Positions 39,336 to 49,930 of a stretch of DNA of 64,000 bases are shown here, one piece after another. Positions within the stretch are counted from its first letter, which is position 1. Every line of letters starts with the position of its first letter. Made by a program: the position numbers and the translations under genes. The DNA comes from Gemmatales bacterium (GTDB lineage: Bacteria; Planctomycetota; Planctomycetia; Gemmatales; HRBIN36): NCBI GenBank assembly GCA_041640595.1, contig JBEPZY010000002.1, positions 500,651 through 564,650 on the forward strand, read 5' to 3'. The notes beneath the pieces are model-generated. The model saw only the letters and a program-made list of their open reading frames with translations. It did no database searches and had not been told where the DNA came from.

Positions 39336-40919
39336 ATGCCGCGGTGCCATATTGACACGGTGGGAAAGGTCGCGTTGGTCTGTTTTGCGGTGTGGGCAAT
39401 GGCGAGCACGGATTTTCCCGCCAGGCAGTATGCGGAAATCCGCGTGCTCGATGCCCAGACCGGTCGCGGTGTACCCCTGGTAGAACTGGAGACGGTGCAC
39501 CACGTCCGGTTTGTGACTGACAATGCCGGCCGGGTGGCGATCGCCGAACCGGATTTGCTCGACCGCGAGGTGTTCTTCACGGTTCGCAGTCACGGCTATG
39601 AGATTCCGGCAGATGGGTTTGGTTACCGGGGAGTGCGTTTGCAGCTTCGCGCTGGGCAGAAAATGGAAGTACGAATCCAGCGCCGACAGATCGCGGAACG
39701 ATTATGCCGACTCACTGGCGAAGGGTTGTATAGGGACAGTCTGCTGCTGGGCTATCGGGTGCCTGGCCCAGTAGATAATCGTGCTGCCGGCGATGGATTT
39801 CCGCGACAGGCTCGCGGCCAGGTAGCAGGGCAGGATTCGGTGCAGGCGGCGATTTACCGCAACCACATTTACTGGTTCTGGGGCGACACCAACCGCCTCG
39901 CCTATCCGCTGGGATTGTTCCGAACTGCCGGTGCCCGCACTCCCGTATTTCCGGAAACGTTCGATCCCGCCGACGGCATCCCGTATCAGTATTTCACGGA
40001 CGAAAACGGTTTTGTCCGCCCGATGATCCCGCTGCCGGAACGCAAAGAAGGTGTTGTTTGGATTGACGGCGTTTGCGTGGTACCGGATGAGCGAGGACAG
40101 GAGCGGCTGGTTTGCCATTACTCCCGACGCAAAGGGCTGGCGGAGGAATTGGAACACGGAATCGCCGTCTTCGACGATACGCGAGAGATTTTTGTGCCCG
40201 TGCGGACGTTGCCGTTAGCGGAGCGCTGGCGGCATCCGTCGGGCCATGCGACACCGTGGGAGGAGCAGGAAAAGCGTTACATACTGTTCGGCAATCCGGC
40301 CCCGGTGGTGCGAGTTCCGGCTCGTTATGAAGCGGTGCTCGACCCGCACCAGTATGAAGCGTTCAGTTGCGCCAGCGGTGAGCGCGACGGAAAACCGCTC
40401 CACCCGTTATGCGATGAGCAGGGAAAAGTGGTGTGGCGGTGGCAGAAACAACTCCCGCCTGTGGATGCCGCAACGGAATGGCGCTGGTTGCAGGCGAAAA
40501 AACTACCGGCCAACCAGGCACGCTTCTGCCCCGTAGATGCTGCCGGCAACGGGCAGCGGATCCAGTTGCATAACGGCACAGTACGCTGGAATAACTACCG
40601 GCAACGCTGGATTTTGATTACCGGTCAGGTGGGCGGCAAGGAATCATTCCTCGGCGAAATCTGGTATGCGGAAGCCCACCAGCCGACCGGACCCTTTACG
40701 AAAGCGGTCAAAATCATCACCCACGACCGTTATTCGTTCTACAACGTCTGCCACCATCCGTTTCTGGATCGCCACGACGGTCGCATCATCCATCTGGAAG
40801 GGACCTACACCGCGGAGTTTTCCGGCAATCCTGTGCGGACGCCCCGCTACGATTACAACCAGGTCCTTTATCGGCTCGACCTCGACCATCCCGGTTTGCG
40901 ACCCGCCCGACGCGAATAA
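39336..40919 (+). CDS. Secreted hypothetical protein, possible DUF4185-like beta-propeller
   Basis: N-terminal hydrophobic signal, IRVLDAQTGRGVPLV beta-sandwich, WFWGDT, GEIWYAEA...GPF. Confidence 0.7.
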   Translation: MPRCHIDTVGKVALVCFAVWAMASTDFPARQYAEIRVLDAQTGRGVPLVELETVHHVRFVTDNAGRVAIAEPDLLDREVFFTVRSHGYEIPADGFGYRGVRLQLRAGQKMEVRIQRRQIAERLCRLTGEGLYRDSLLLGYRVPGPVDNRAAGDGFPRQARGQVAGQDSVQAAIYRNHIYWFWGDTNRLAYPLGLFRTAGARTPVFPETFDPADGIPYQYFTDENGFVRPMIPLPERKEGVVWIDGVCVVPDERGQERLVCHYSRRKGLAEELEHGIAVFDDTREIFVPVRTLPLAERWRHPSGHATPWEEQEKRYILFGNPAPVVRVPARYEAVLDPHQYEAFSCASGERDGKPLHPLCDEQGKVVWRWQKQLPPVDAATEWRWLQAKKLPANQARFCPVDAAGNGQRIQLHNGTVRWNNYRQRWILITGQVGGKESFLGEIWYAEAHQPTGPFTKAVKIITHDRYSFYNVCHHPFLDRHDGRIIHLEGTYTAEFSGNPVRTPRYDYNQVLYRLDLDHPGLRPARRE

Positions 40920-41167
40920 CCAAGCGACAAAACGGAGCCAGGGATAATCATTGAGGCTACGCAGGAGTGTGTTCGGCGGATGTTTCGTTGCCGCCGGAGC
41001 AGCTGATACTTGACGGTGGTTGGTGGAAAGGGGATAATGCACTCAAGCGCACCGTGAACGACGAAAACGCTGCCTGCCTGAGTCGGTAACCGCTCCCCTT
41101 CGGAACCGACCCGTATCTGCTCGCCTGCCGATCGAAGATTCTCGTATCCACCCTGGAGGTGTGTCGA

Positions 41168-44100
41168 ATGGCTCTCGATGGTCGGTGCTTTAAACGAGCA
41201 CAGTTGCGCATAGTTGGCGTGATAGGCGCAGGGCTGATGTTCATCCAGACCGCGGGGGTTCTCGCTCAGCTTCCACCGGAACAGCAAGCCCAGCAGCTGC
41301 TGGAGACGGCCCATCGAGCTTTGAACGAGCAGCAATACGACGTAGCCATTGCCCGTTATCGGGAGTTTCTGCAGCGCTTTGGCAATCACCCCCAGGCGAA
41401 CCAGGCCCGGTACGGTCTGGGCGTGGCGCTGGTGGAAGGCTCGAATCGCGATTACAAAGCTGCACTAGAAGCGTTGCAACCGTTGCTCGGTCAGGCGGAC
41501 TTTGCACTTCACCCCTGGGCGGTCTATTATTTCGCCTGGGCACAGCGGGGTCTGGGTCGGCAAGCGTTGCGAGAAGCCCACGGCAAGCCTCCCGATGCAC
41601 TGGCCAATGCGCAACGGGAAGCTCAGGCGCGCTTCGAACAGGCGGCCAAGTATTTTCAGCAGTCGGCCGAACTGTTTGCCAAACGAGTGGAATCAGTCCA
41701 GCCATCTGCCGAGAACAAAGCGGAAGCCAAACCGGGGGCACAAGCTCCGGGGGCAGCCGTTCCTCCTGCAGGTCATCTTCGGGATTGGCTAGCTCGGGCA
41801 CGGTGCGACCAGGCGGAAATGTTGTTGCAGGTGAATCAGCCCAAGGAAGCGCTGGCGGCTGTCCTGAGCCTGCTCAAGGACCCGGCACAGGCGAAATCGC
41901 CGTTTCCTTCCCTGGCCAGGTATTACGAGGGGCAGGCACGTCTGCTGCTGGGCGACTATGTCGGTGCCGGCAAAGCGCTGGCCGAACTCGCACCGTTCCG
42001 CCAGCCGGCTTTTGGTTTGCATGCGCGATATTTGCTGGCACGAGTGCACCATGAACTCGGAGATCGCGCAGAAGCCGCCGGGCATTACGAGCAGGTAATT
42101 TCCGGTTACGAAGCCCTGCGTCAGGATGCGGCTAAGATGTTGCAAAACCCGGCCAGTTTCCGCAACGATCCCGATGAACGCTGGCGATGGGAAATGCTGG
42201 CGAAACAGCCGCCGGAGTTTGTCTTGCGGGCGGGATTTTATCGTGGCTTGCTGTTTTACGAAGAGGGCCAATTTGCCGAAGCGGCCACGCGGTGGGAAGC
42301 ACTGCTCAAACAAAATCCGCCTGCCGCGCTACAGGCCGAGACGCAATTGCGTTTAGGCATGGCCCAGGTGCAGGGCCGACAATTCGACCAGGCGGTCAAA
42401 ATCCTTTCGCCGCTGGAGAATCATCCGGTTCTGGCAGAACAGGCGCTATGGTGGTTGGGGCGTGCTCATGCCGGCGCTGCCACCGCTACGGTGCCGGTTA
42501 ACGAAGGCCGATTGCAGTCAGCCATCCAGACCCTTCGCCGCGCCCTGGACCGCAATGCCCAGCGTGGCAACGATCCGGAAGCGCGATTGCGGCGGACGGA
42601 AATCCTGCTCGACCTCGGCGATGCGTTGCAATCAGCCCGGCAGTATAAGGAAGCGGCCAGCACTTATGCGGTCGTGATTCAGGAGAAAGTTCACCCGCAG
42701 CGGGTCGAAGAAGCTTGGGCACGACAGGCACTCGCCTTGCATCTGGCGGGAGCCTGGAAAGAATCGGACGATGTGTGTCGGCGTTTTCGAGAGGCTTATC
42801 CGAAAAGCGTGCTTTTGCCCGGTGTGCTTTTCTGTGCCGCCCAGAACAGTTATTTCCTCGCCTCGCAACTGGCCAAAGAAGCTAATAACCCGGAACGGGA
42901 AAAACAGCTCCGCGAATTGTTGCAGCAAACCATCGCCCGCCACCGCGAGTTGCTGGAGCAGTATCCGGAATTTTCGCAAAAAGCAGCGGCGTCTTTCACG
43001 CTGGGAGTTTGTCTGTATCGGTTGGGGGAATTCGCCAAAGCTCAGGAAGCCTTCGCCGCTATCCCACAAGCCGACCGCACCGGGGCGCTGTTGATGGCGT
43101 CGTACTATGAAGCGGATTGTCTCATTCGCCTGGCTCCCAGTGAAACCAGCGACGCCCTCAGTGCCGGTCGAGCACAGGAAGCGTTCACGCAAGCGGCGAA
43201 ACTTCTGGCGGCGTTTACCGAATCGGCCGGCAAAGCCTCTCCTTATACGCCGGAAGCTCTCCTCAAACTTGCCTACTGCTATCGCCGACTGGCAGAACTG
43301 ATCGTCGAGCCAAAAGAGCGCGCCACTTTTCTGCAACAAGCTCGCCAGACCTGCGAGCGATTCTTCCAGACCTATCCCAATCATCCGCTCCTGGGAGCGG
43401 TGGTGCTGGAACGGGCCAATTGCCTGTCGCTGCAGGGAGACACAGGCGGGGCCAGCAACGAATGGCAACGATTCCTCAACGATCCGCTGGCACGGTCGGA
43501 AGTCGCGCCGCTGGCACTGGTGCGCCTGGCACAGCATTATCGGAGTCAGAATCGTGCTGCCGATGCGGTCAAATTGCTGGAAACGGCTCGCCAGCGCTAC
43601 GAAGCCAGCCTGACCCAGGATTCCAGCAAACACGATTGGCTCGCTCAGTTGCTTTATCAGCATGGCCTGGCCTTGCAGGAAGCGAACAAATGGCCGGAAG
43701 CGCGAGCGGTTTTCGAGTCGGTAATCAAGCGGTTTGGTCATCGGCGTGAAGGTGTCGAGAGTGCCTGGCGTATCGGTCAGGTGCGACTGGCTCAGGCGAC
43801 CGCGAGCCTGAAACCAGCCCTGGCGGTTTTGAGCGATGCCAGCAGTAAACCGGAACAGCGTTCGACCGCTTTAGCCGCTGCCCAGAAAGCTGCCGGTGAA
43901 TTGCGGGAGACGGCAGCGTACTTTGTCCAGCTGGCCGGCGAGAAAACCGTGCAGGAAATCGCTCCCGATCTGGTGCCGCGATTGCATTACGAATCGGCCT
44001 GGTGCTGGCGTGAACTGATTCCGTTCGAGCGTGAACAAGCGCGGCAGCAACGGCTGGAAGTCTGGCAGAAAAAGCAACCGCCGCCAGCCAAAGACCGACC

Positions 44101-45040
44101 GGCACGCCGACCGCCCGACGTTTCCCTGGCCGACATCCCCTTGCAGCCCAGCGAACAGCAGGCACGTCAGGCTTACCAAACCGCGATTCAGTCCGCCGGT
44201 GACAGTCCGCTGGCACTGGAGGCCATGTTCGAACTCGCCGAACTGCTCGCCGAACGCCAGCAACACGAACAAGCGATTGCTCTGTTGCGGCAACTTTTCG
44301 ATCGCGAGCCGCCAGCGGAACTGGTTGAGAAAGTTCACCTGCGACTGGCAGCGTGTTTGCTTGCCAGTGGCGATGCGAAATCGGCCCTGCAGCACGCCCA
44401 AACCGTCCTGCAAAATCAGAAAAGCCCGCACGTACCCTGGGCACGCTATCTCGCTGCGGAATGCTACTTGCAGTTGGGAGGAAAAGAAAACGCGCAGCAG
44501 GCGGTTTCCCTGCTCAGCGGATTCCGCGATCACGGCCCGTGGCAGCAACTGGCCGGGCTGAGCGATCGGGCGTTGTTGCGGCTCAGCGCAGCTTACGCGG
44601 TGCTGGGTCAGTGGGGGCCGAGCCGACAGGCCAGCGAAATACTCATCCAGCGATTCCCGCAGAGTCCGCACCGGTCGGAAGCGCAATTCGCCATTGGCTG
44701 GGCCTGGCAAAATGAGAATAACCTTGACGCTGCCATTCAGGCCTATTCCCAGGTGCTGGGTCTGACTTATGCGGAACCGGCAGTGCGAGCGCAGTTGCAA
44801 ATCGCCCGCTGTCGCGCTTTGCAAAAGCGCTGGTCCGACGCTATCCAGGCGTATTTGCTGGTGCATCTGACCTACGATTACCCGGAACTGGCTGGGCAGG
44901 CCCTCTGGGAAGCTGCGGAAGCAGCCCAGCAAAATAAGCAGCCGGAACAGGCTCAACGCCTGTTGCAGCAATTGCTCAACGAATACCCGCAAACCAAAGC
45001 CGCTCAACTGGCCCGCCAGCGGCTCGAACGCAAGGATTAG
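41168..45040 (+). CDS. Large secreted tetratricopeptide repeat protein (about 1290 aa)
   Basis: Signal peptide; many TPR units (ARYGLG, AQFAIGWA, ...YP.S); GGAGG before ATG 41168. Confidence 0.9.
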   Translation: MALDGRCFKRAQLRIVGVIGAGLMFIQTAGVLAQLPPEQQAQQLLETAHRALNEQQYDVAIARYREFLQRFGNHPQANQARYGLGVALVEGSNRDYKAALEALQPLLGQADFALHPWAVYYFAWAQRGLGRQALREAHGKPPDALANAQREAQARFEQAAKYFQQSAELFAKRVESVQPSAENKAEAKPGAQAPGAAVPPAGHLRDWLARARCDQAEMLLQVNQPKEALAAVLSLLKDPAQAKSPFPSLARYYEGQARLLLGDYVGAGKALAELAPFRQPAFGLHARYLLARVHHELGDRAEAAGHYEQVISGYEALRQDAAKMLQNPASFRNDPDERWRWEMLAKQPPEFVLRAGFYRGLLFYEEGQFAEAATRWEALLKQNPPAALQAETQLRLGMAQVQGRQFDQAVKILSPLENHPVLAEQALWWLGRAHAGAATATVPVNEGRLQSAIQTLRRALDRNAQRGNDPEARLRRTEILLDLGDALQSARQYKEAASTYAVVIQEKVHPQRVEEAWARQALALHLAGAWKESDDVCRRFREAYPKSVLLPGVLFCAAQNSYFLASQLAKEANNPEREKQLRELLQQTIARHRELLEQYPEFSQKAAASFTLGVCLYRLGEFAKAQEAFAAIPQADRTGALLMASYYEADCLIRLAPSETSDALSAGRAQEAFTQAAKLLAAFTESAGKASPYTPEALLKLAYCYRRLAELIVEPKERATFLQQARQTCERFFQTYPNHPLLGAVVLERANCLSLQGDTGGASNEWQRFLNDPLARSEVAPLALVRLAQHYRSQNRAADAVKLLETARQRYEASLTQDSSKHDWLAQLLYQHGLALQEANKWPEARAVFESVIKRFGHRREGVESAWRIGQVRLAQATASLKPALAVLSDASSKPEQRSTALAAAQKAAGELRETAAYFVQLAGEKTVQEIAPDLVPRLHYESAWCWRELIPFEREQARQQRLEVWQKKQPPPAKDRPARRPPDVSLADIPLQPSEQQARQAYQTAIQSAGDSPLALEAMFELAELLAERQQHEQAIALLRQLFDREPPAELVEKVHLRLAACLLASGDAKSALQHAQTVLQNQKSPHVPWARYLAAECYLQLGGKENAQQAVSLLSGFRDHGPWQQLAGLSDRALLRLSAAYAVLGQWGPSRQASEILIQRFPQSPHRSEAQFAIGWAWQNENNLDAAIQAYSQVLGLTYAEPAVRAQLQIARCRALQKRWSDAIQAYLLVHLTYDYPELAGQALWEAAEAAQQNKQPEQAQRLLQQLLNEYPQTKAAQLARQRLERKD

Positions 45041-45134
45041 CCACGGCATCCCAGGGGAACACTGATTTTCAATGGAACCGCCCTGGGTGTGACCAATTCG
45101 GACCAGGCTGCCTAGAGCCAATCGGAGGCCGACT

Positions 45135-47465
45135 ATGCACGCTTCTACTTGCCGCGTGTCGCCTCTCAGGACGCCAGGAAGGTGGATCACCGGTTGCCGT
45201 GTCGGTGTCTGCATCCTTGGGTTAGTTTGCCTGGCACTACCCTGGCCGGTTCATTCTTACGTCGAGGCACCGTACACGTTGGGGCGTGTGCTGCACGAAG
45301 CCACGAACATCCTGGTCATGCGCGTCGAGCAGGTGGATCGGGAACGCAACATCATCGTGTACCGCAAGGTCGAGGACCTCAAAGGCAAACACCCGACCGA
45401 GGTGATTCGCCACAACATTGGCCGAGGCGGTTTTCATCCCCGCGAATGGCAATTCATCATGGAATGGGCAGCGCCGGGTAAGGTGGCGGTGTTTTTCCAT
45501 AACGGCGGTGCCAGCGAGACCTGCATTGATATGTACTGGTATCAGTGCTACGGCGGTGGTGAGAACTGGAGCATGAGTCACGGCGAGCCGTTTTTACTCC
45601 GCAGTTATGCCGGTCGTGCAGATCGCCTGATTCCGTTGGTTCGCGCCATGCTGGCCGGACAGGAAGTCATCGCTCCGTGTATGGTGGATGGCGACAAAAA
45701 CGCGTTGCATCTGCGGACAGCGCGGATCATGCGGATGAAGGCCAGCCTGAAGCTCCTCGATTACAACCCGCAGCGGGACTTTGCCGGTTGGGGTGGCGTT
45801 GAAGAAATCCGTCCGCTGGCTGGTATGCCGGGTTTCAAACAGTTGGCGACACTGCCTCGGGTACCCGGAGTACGCGGTGTAGCCCTGGCCGATGTCAACG
45901 GCGACGGTAAACCCGATCTCTGCCTCTACGGCGACAGTCGTGTGGTGCTGGTGGTCAATGAAGGGAACGCTTTTACCGAAATGGCTTTGCCCTATCAGGG
46001 TCCCGCGCGGCACGCTGCCTGGGCCGATTATAACGGTGATGGCAAGCCGGATTTGCTCCTGGCTACGCCGACCGGCCCACGCATTTTCGCTAACGAAGGC
46101 AACGGCAAATTCCGCGAAGAGACCGCGGCATTACCGCTGGAAAATTACCCGGCGTGTCCCACAGCGGCCTGGCTCGATTACGACGGCGATGGCAAACCGG
46201 ACCTTTTGTGGGCGACCAGTTTTTCCGGCCTGCGGTTGTATCGCAACCTGGGCAGTCCGCCCACAACAACCGATGCGAAATTGCGACTGGACAAATGGTA
46301 TCTGATCGGCCCATTCGACAATTCCGACGGACGCGGATTCACTGCCGCTTATCCACCGGAGCGCGAAATCCAGCTCGACAAGGAATACGAGGGCAAGAAG
46401 CAGCAAAAAGTCCGCTGGCGAGAAATGCCGTTCCAGGATGGCCAGGTGCAATCGCTTCTGCCCCATTTCGCGGACAAAACGTTCGGCGTGGCATATCTGT
46501 ACCGTGCTATCCACGCCCCCGCGGCTATGCAGTTGCCCATTTCGCTGGGTAGCGATGATACGCTGACCGTCTGGCTCAACGGCGAGAAAATTCACGAGGA
46601 AAATGTTTACCGCGCCTGTGCGGCGGATCAGGTGCGGCTGACGTTGTCGCTGCGGCCCGGCGTGAATCATCTGCTGCTCAAAATCTGCCAGGGCGATGGG
46701 GAGTGGGCCTTTTACTTCCGTGCCGAACCACCACCGGCCATCGTTACCCACCGCTTTGAGGATGTCTCTTCCGCCGTCGGACTCGGGCCGACTGGCACGA
46801 TCGGTCAGGCACGGGGCGAATATCTACTGGTAGCTGATTTCGACGGTGATGGCCGGCAGGATGTGCTTTTCTTTGTTGAAGCGCCCATCCTGCTGCGGGA
46901 CAGCCTGGTCGGCTGGCAAACGGTCCCCGTCCTGCTGCGGAACACTCCGACCGGTCTGCAAACGGTTTCGGTTGCCGGTCTGGAATGTCGTCGCATCGTT
47001 TCCCAGCCGATCGTGGCCGATCTCGACGGCGACAAACTGCCCGATCTGATCGTGCCGCAGGCGGATGGTTGCCGGGTCTTTCGCAATCTCGGTCAGGCAC
47101 GCTTTACGGATGTTACCGCCCAAACGGGAGCACTGGCACAGTTACGCCAACCGATTTCGGCTTTGGCTCTGGCTGAGTGGAGCACGCGCGGTCGCCCGGA
47201 TTTGTTTGTGGGCTGTCTCGGTATGCCCAACCGCATCTTACGCCAGGAGGCGACGCTGCGGTTTGTGGACATTTCCGATGATTTGCGTCTCTATCAGCGG
47301 ATTTTCAACACCCGTGCCTGCGCGGTCGCCGACCTCAATGGCGATGGTTCTCCGGATTGGATTCTGCTGAATACCGGACACGAAAGTGTCGTGCTGTATT
47401 CCGATCCTGGTTACTGGGCCACGAAAATGGCTCAACAGCAAAACCGCTCCGCTGTGGGCGAATGA
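45135..47465 (+). CDS. FG-GAP/VCBS repeat protein with inserted PA14-like beta-sandwich
   Basis: Six DxxGDGxPD-type motifs; WYLIGPFDN...GSDDTLTVWLNG...NHLLLKI insert; signal peptide. Confidence 0.85.
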   Translation: MHASTCRVSPLRTPGRWITGCRVGVCILGLVCLALPWPVHSYVEAPYTLGRVLHEATNILVMRVEQVDRERNIIVYRKVEDLKGKHPTEVIRHNIGRGGFHPREWQFIMEWAAPGKVAVFFHNGGASETCIDMYWYQCYGGGENWSMSHGEPFLLRSYAGRADRLIPLVRAMLAGQEVIAPCMVDGDKNALHLRTARIMRMKASLKLLDYNPQRDFAGWGGVEEIRPLAGMPGFKQLATLPRVPGVRGVALADVNGDGKPDLCLYGDSRVVLVVNEGNAFTEMALPYQGPARHAAWADYNGDGKPDLLLATPTGPRIFANEGNGKFREETAALPLENYPACPTAAWLDYDGDGKPDLLWATSFSGLRLYRNLGSPPTTTDAKLRLDKWYLIGPFDNSDGRGFTAAYPPEREIQLDKEYEGKKQQKVRWREMPFQDGQVQSLLPHFADKTFGVAYLYRAIHAPAAMQLPISLGSDDTLTVWLNGEKIHEENVYRACAADQVRLTLSLRPGVNHLLLKICQGDGEWAFYFRAEPPPAIVTHRFEDVSSAVGLGPTGTIGQARGEYLLVADFDGDGRQDVLFFVEAPILLRDSLVGWQTVPVLLRNTPTGLQTVSVAGLECRRIVSQPIVADLDGDKLPDLIVPQADGCRVFRNLGQARFTDVTAQTGALAQLRQPISALALAEWSTRGRPDLFVGCLGMPNRILRQEATLRFVDISDDLRLYQRIFNTRACAVADLNGDGSPDWILLNTGHESVVLYSDPGYWATKMAQQQNRSAVGE

Positions 47466-47549
47466 CCGGCCCCCTGATAAATGGGTGGCTCATGGAGTCC
47501 AGATGTCACCAATCGCACCAGCAGAACGATAAGCATGGGAAACAGGGCA

Positions 47550-48971
47550 ATGAATAACCGCGTGATTTTGACCGGGCTGCTGGCCTGTCTGGTACTTATG
47601 CCGATCACGGCAGCCGATTGGCCTACACATCGCGGCAATGTCGAACGCACCGGATCGGCGACAGCAGCTACGGGTCCGAAGCAGCCGAAGGTCCTCTGGG
47701 TCTTTCGCAGCAACGAGCATTTCCTGGCTTCCCCTGTGCCGTCGGAAAAGCTGCTGCTGGTATCCGGTCTGGGAGCGTTCAACAGTCCGGTGATGCGTGC
47801 ACTGAGCCTGCAGGGCAACACCGCTGGTCAGGTTGTCTGGGCCAAGACGGTGCCCACCCTGAAAATGCCGGTGGTCAGTCCGCCAGCTGTCGTAAGCGGG
47901 CGTGTCATTTTCGGCGACGGTATGCATCAAACCGACGGGGCGACCCTGCGTTGCCTGGATGTCGAGTCGGGATTGCTTTTGTGGCAACGAACGTTTCCCG
48001 GTCGGCTGGTGCATATTGAAAGCGCACCGAGTGTGGTGGGTTCGCGGATCTATTTCGGGGCCGGTTCCGCCGGGGTCGTTTGCCTGGATTACTCGCGTGT
48101 AACGCTGCACGGAAAGGAAATGGATGAAGCCAGTGCTCGCCAGATGCTGCTTCAGCGCTGGAAGGAGCTGCAAGCCCGCTATGAGAGTGAACGCAAGAAA
48201 AATCCCGACGCTGCCGTTCCTCCGGGCGAGGAGCAATTGCCTGTTCCCGAGCCACATCTCGTCTGGCAGGCTGGCCAGGAGAAATGGCACGTAGATGCTC
48301 CAGTGGCGGCAACCGCATCGCAGGTTTTCGTTGGGTCGGCTTACTTAGACGCTGAAAAGATCGGTGCCCGCATGCTTCTGTGTCTCGACGCCCAGACGGG
48401 CCAGGTGCAATGGCAGGCGGAACTTCGTTACAATCCCTGGGCGGGGCCGACTCTCGCGGGCGAGACAGTACTGGTTGGCGGAAGCAACATCCGTTTCGAT
48501 ACACGGCTGGCCAAGCTGGCCAAGGGACAGGTGGCGGCTTTCCACATGCGTAACGGCAAGCCGCTCTGGCAGCGGGAAGTGCCTGGCGGCGTGCTCAGTG
48601 CAGTGGCAGTCCGCAAGGGGCTGGTGATTTTCACCGCTACCGACGGGCGTGTGCGCGCGCTGGACCTGGCCACTGGGCAACTCCGCTGGAGCTACGATGC
48701 TCAACAACCGTTCTTCGCGGGCCCGGCCGTAACCGATAGCGCGGTTTTCGCCGCGGATCTCACCGGTACGGTGCATGCCCTGGCTCTGGAGAACGGCCAG
48801 CGACTGTGGACTTTGAAGGTGGCCGAACATGAGGCTGTTAAAGCCCCGGGCCTGGTCTTTGGCTCGCCTGTGGTGGTCGGGGATCGGCTGTATCTGGCCA
48901 CGTGCAATCACGAAGGGCCATACGCCCGGCAACCCACTGTGGTGGTCTGTATTGGCGACGCTGGCTCGTGA
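47550..48971 (+). CDS. PQQ-like beta-propeller protein (BamB-like)
   Basis: Signal peptide, DWPTHRGNVERTG, repeated LD..TG.L.W tryptophan-docking motifs. Confidence 0.88.
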   Translation: MNNRVILTGLLACLVLMPITAADWPTHRGNVERTGSATAATGPKQPKVLWVFRSNEHFLASPVPSEKLLLVSGLGAFNSPVMRALSLQGNTAGQVVWAKTVPTLKMPVVSPPAVVSGRVIFGDGMHQTDGATLRCLDVESGLLLWQRTFPGRLVHIESAPSVVGSRIYFGAGSAGVVCLDYSRVTLHGKEMDEASARQMLLQRWKELQARYESERKKNPDAAVPPGEEQLPVPEPHLVWQAGQEKWHVDAPVAATASQVFVGSAYLDAEKIGARMLLCLDAQTGQVQWQAELRYNPWAGPTLAGETVLVGGSNIRFDTRLAKLAKGQVAAFHMRNGKPLWQREVPGGVLSAVAVRKGLVIFTATDGRVRALDLATGQLRWSYDAQQPFFAGPAVTDSAVFAADLTGTVHALALENGQRLWTLKVAEHEAVKAPGLVFGSPVVVGDRLYLATCNHEGPYARQPTVVVCIGDAGS

Positions 48972-49083
48972 CGCTTCTGCCCAGCGGAGTGCTTTCTCCC
49001 AGGGCTGAGCCGAGCCTTTCCTGCCACGACCGGGCTTACCTGAATTGGGAACGCTGACGAGGAAACAGGAAGGAGAATTTGCC

Positions 49084-49767
49084 ATGGCGGGACGAGTGAT
49101 GATGGCATATCTGGTCGGCTGGATGGTGATCAGCGGACTGATAGCTCAGCAGGCTGGTTCGTCTCCGCTGACGGTCAACCCGCAGGAACGCAGTATCATT
49201 CTCGCTTGTCGGATCGCCCCGCGCAAGTTGCCGCACCTGAACGAAATCTATCCGCTGGAAGTGGTGGCCTGCTATCCGCACGACGGCGACCCCAAAGGGC
49301 AAAAAGCTCACGAAACCGTGGTCGTCTTCAGTGGTGTCAAGCCCAGCGAGGTGCATAAGGCTCTGGAAAGTTTCGGACTCAAGCCCGGCAAGCCGGCCTA
49401 TGGCGAAGGCCAGAAAGCGGAAGGGCCGGAAGTGCGTATCTTCCTCGAAATTCCCTCACCGGTGGGCGGCTGGCAACGGTTACCCATCGAACGCTGCATG
49501 GTGGATCGCCGTACCGGTAAACCGCTCCCTCCGCTCAAGTGGTTTTTCACCGGTTCGGTTTACAAACAACCCGACCCGAACAAGCCGGACAAAGTCTATG
49601 CCGCCGACCTGACCGGTACTCTGATCGCGATCTTTCCGGTAACCAACGAAACCGTTATTCAAAGCGAACTGACCATGAAGGACGAGCCGGTGATCAAGCT
49701 GGAGTTGAGCAAATCGCTGCCGAAAGAAGGTACGCCAGCCCGACTCGTGATTGTCGTGCCCAAGTAA
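49084..49767 (+). CDS. YdjY-domain secreted protein
   Basis: LEVVAC...KAHETVV...KPSEVHKAL..FGLKPGKP, WFFTGS, YAADLTGTLIA, LPKEGTP. Confidence 0.7.
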   Translation: MAGRVMMAYLVGWMVISGLIAQQAGSSPLTVNPQERSIILACRIAPRKLPHLNEIYPLEVVACYPHDGDPKGQKAHETVVVFSGVKPSEVHKALESFGLKPGKPAYGEGQKAEGPEVRIFLEIPSPVGGWQRLPIERCMVDRRTGKPLPPLKWFFTGSVYKQPDPNKPDKVYAADLTGTLIAIFPVTNETVIQSELTMKDEPVIKLELSKSLPKEGTPARLVIVVPK

Positions 49768-49801
49768 GCCCGAGGCCTTGCCGATACCAGCAAACCGCAT
49801 C

Positions 49802-49893
49802 GCCTAACCCCCAATCGCCGATTGCGGATCATTTTGGGAAGCAGCAGCGAATCGCATCCCCAATTCCTGATTCCCCAATGCCTGATCCCGAAT
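49802..49893 (+). repeat. Short heptamer-type tandem repeats (CCCCAAT/TCCTGAT)
   Basis: CCCCAAT TCCTGAT TCCCCAAT GCCTGAT CCCGAAT at 49858-49893; looser copies at 49802-49823. Confidence 0.55.
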
Positions 49894-49930
49894 GTCCGTA
49901 ATTGGCCTGCAGCAGGAAATGGAAATCAGC

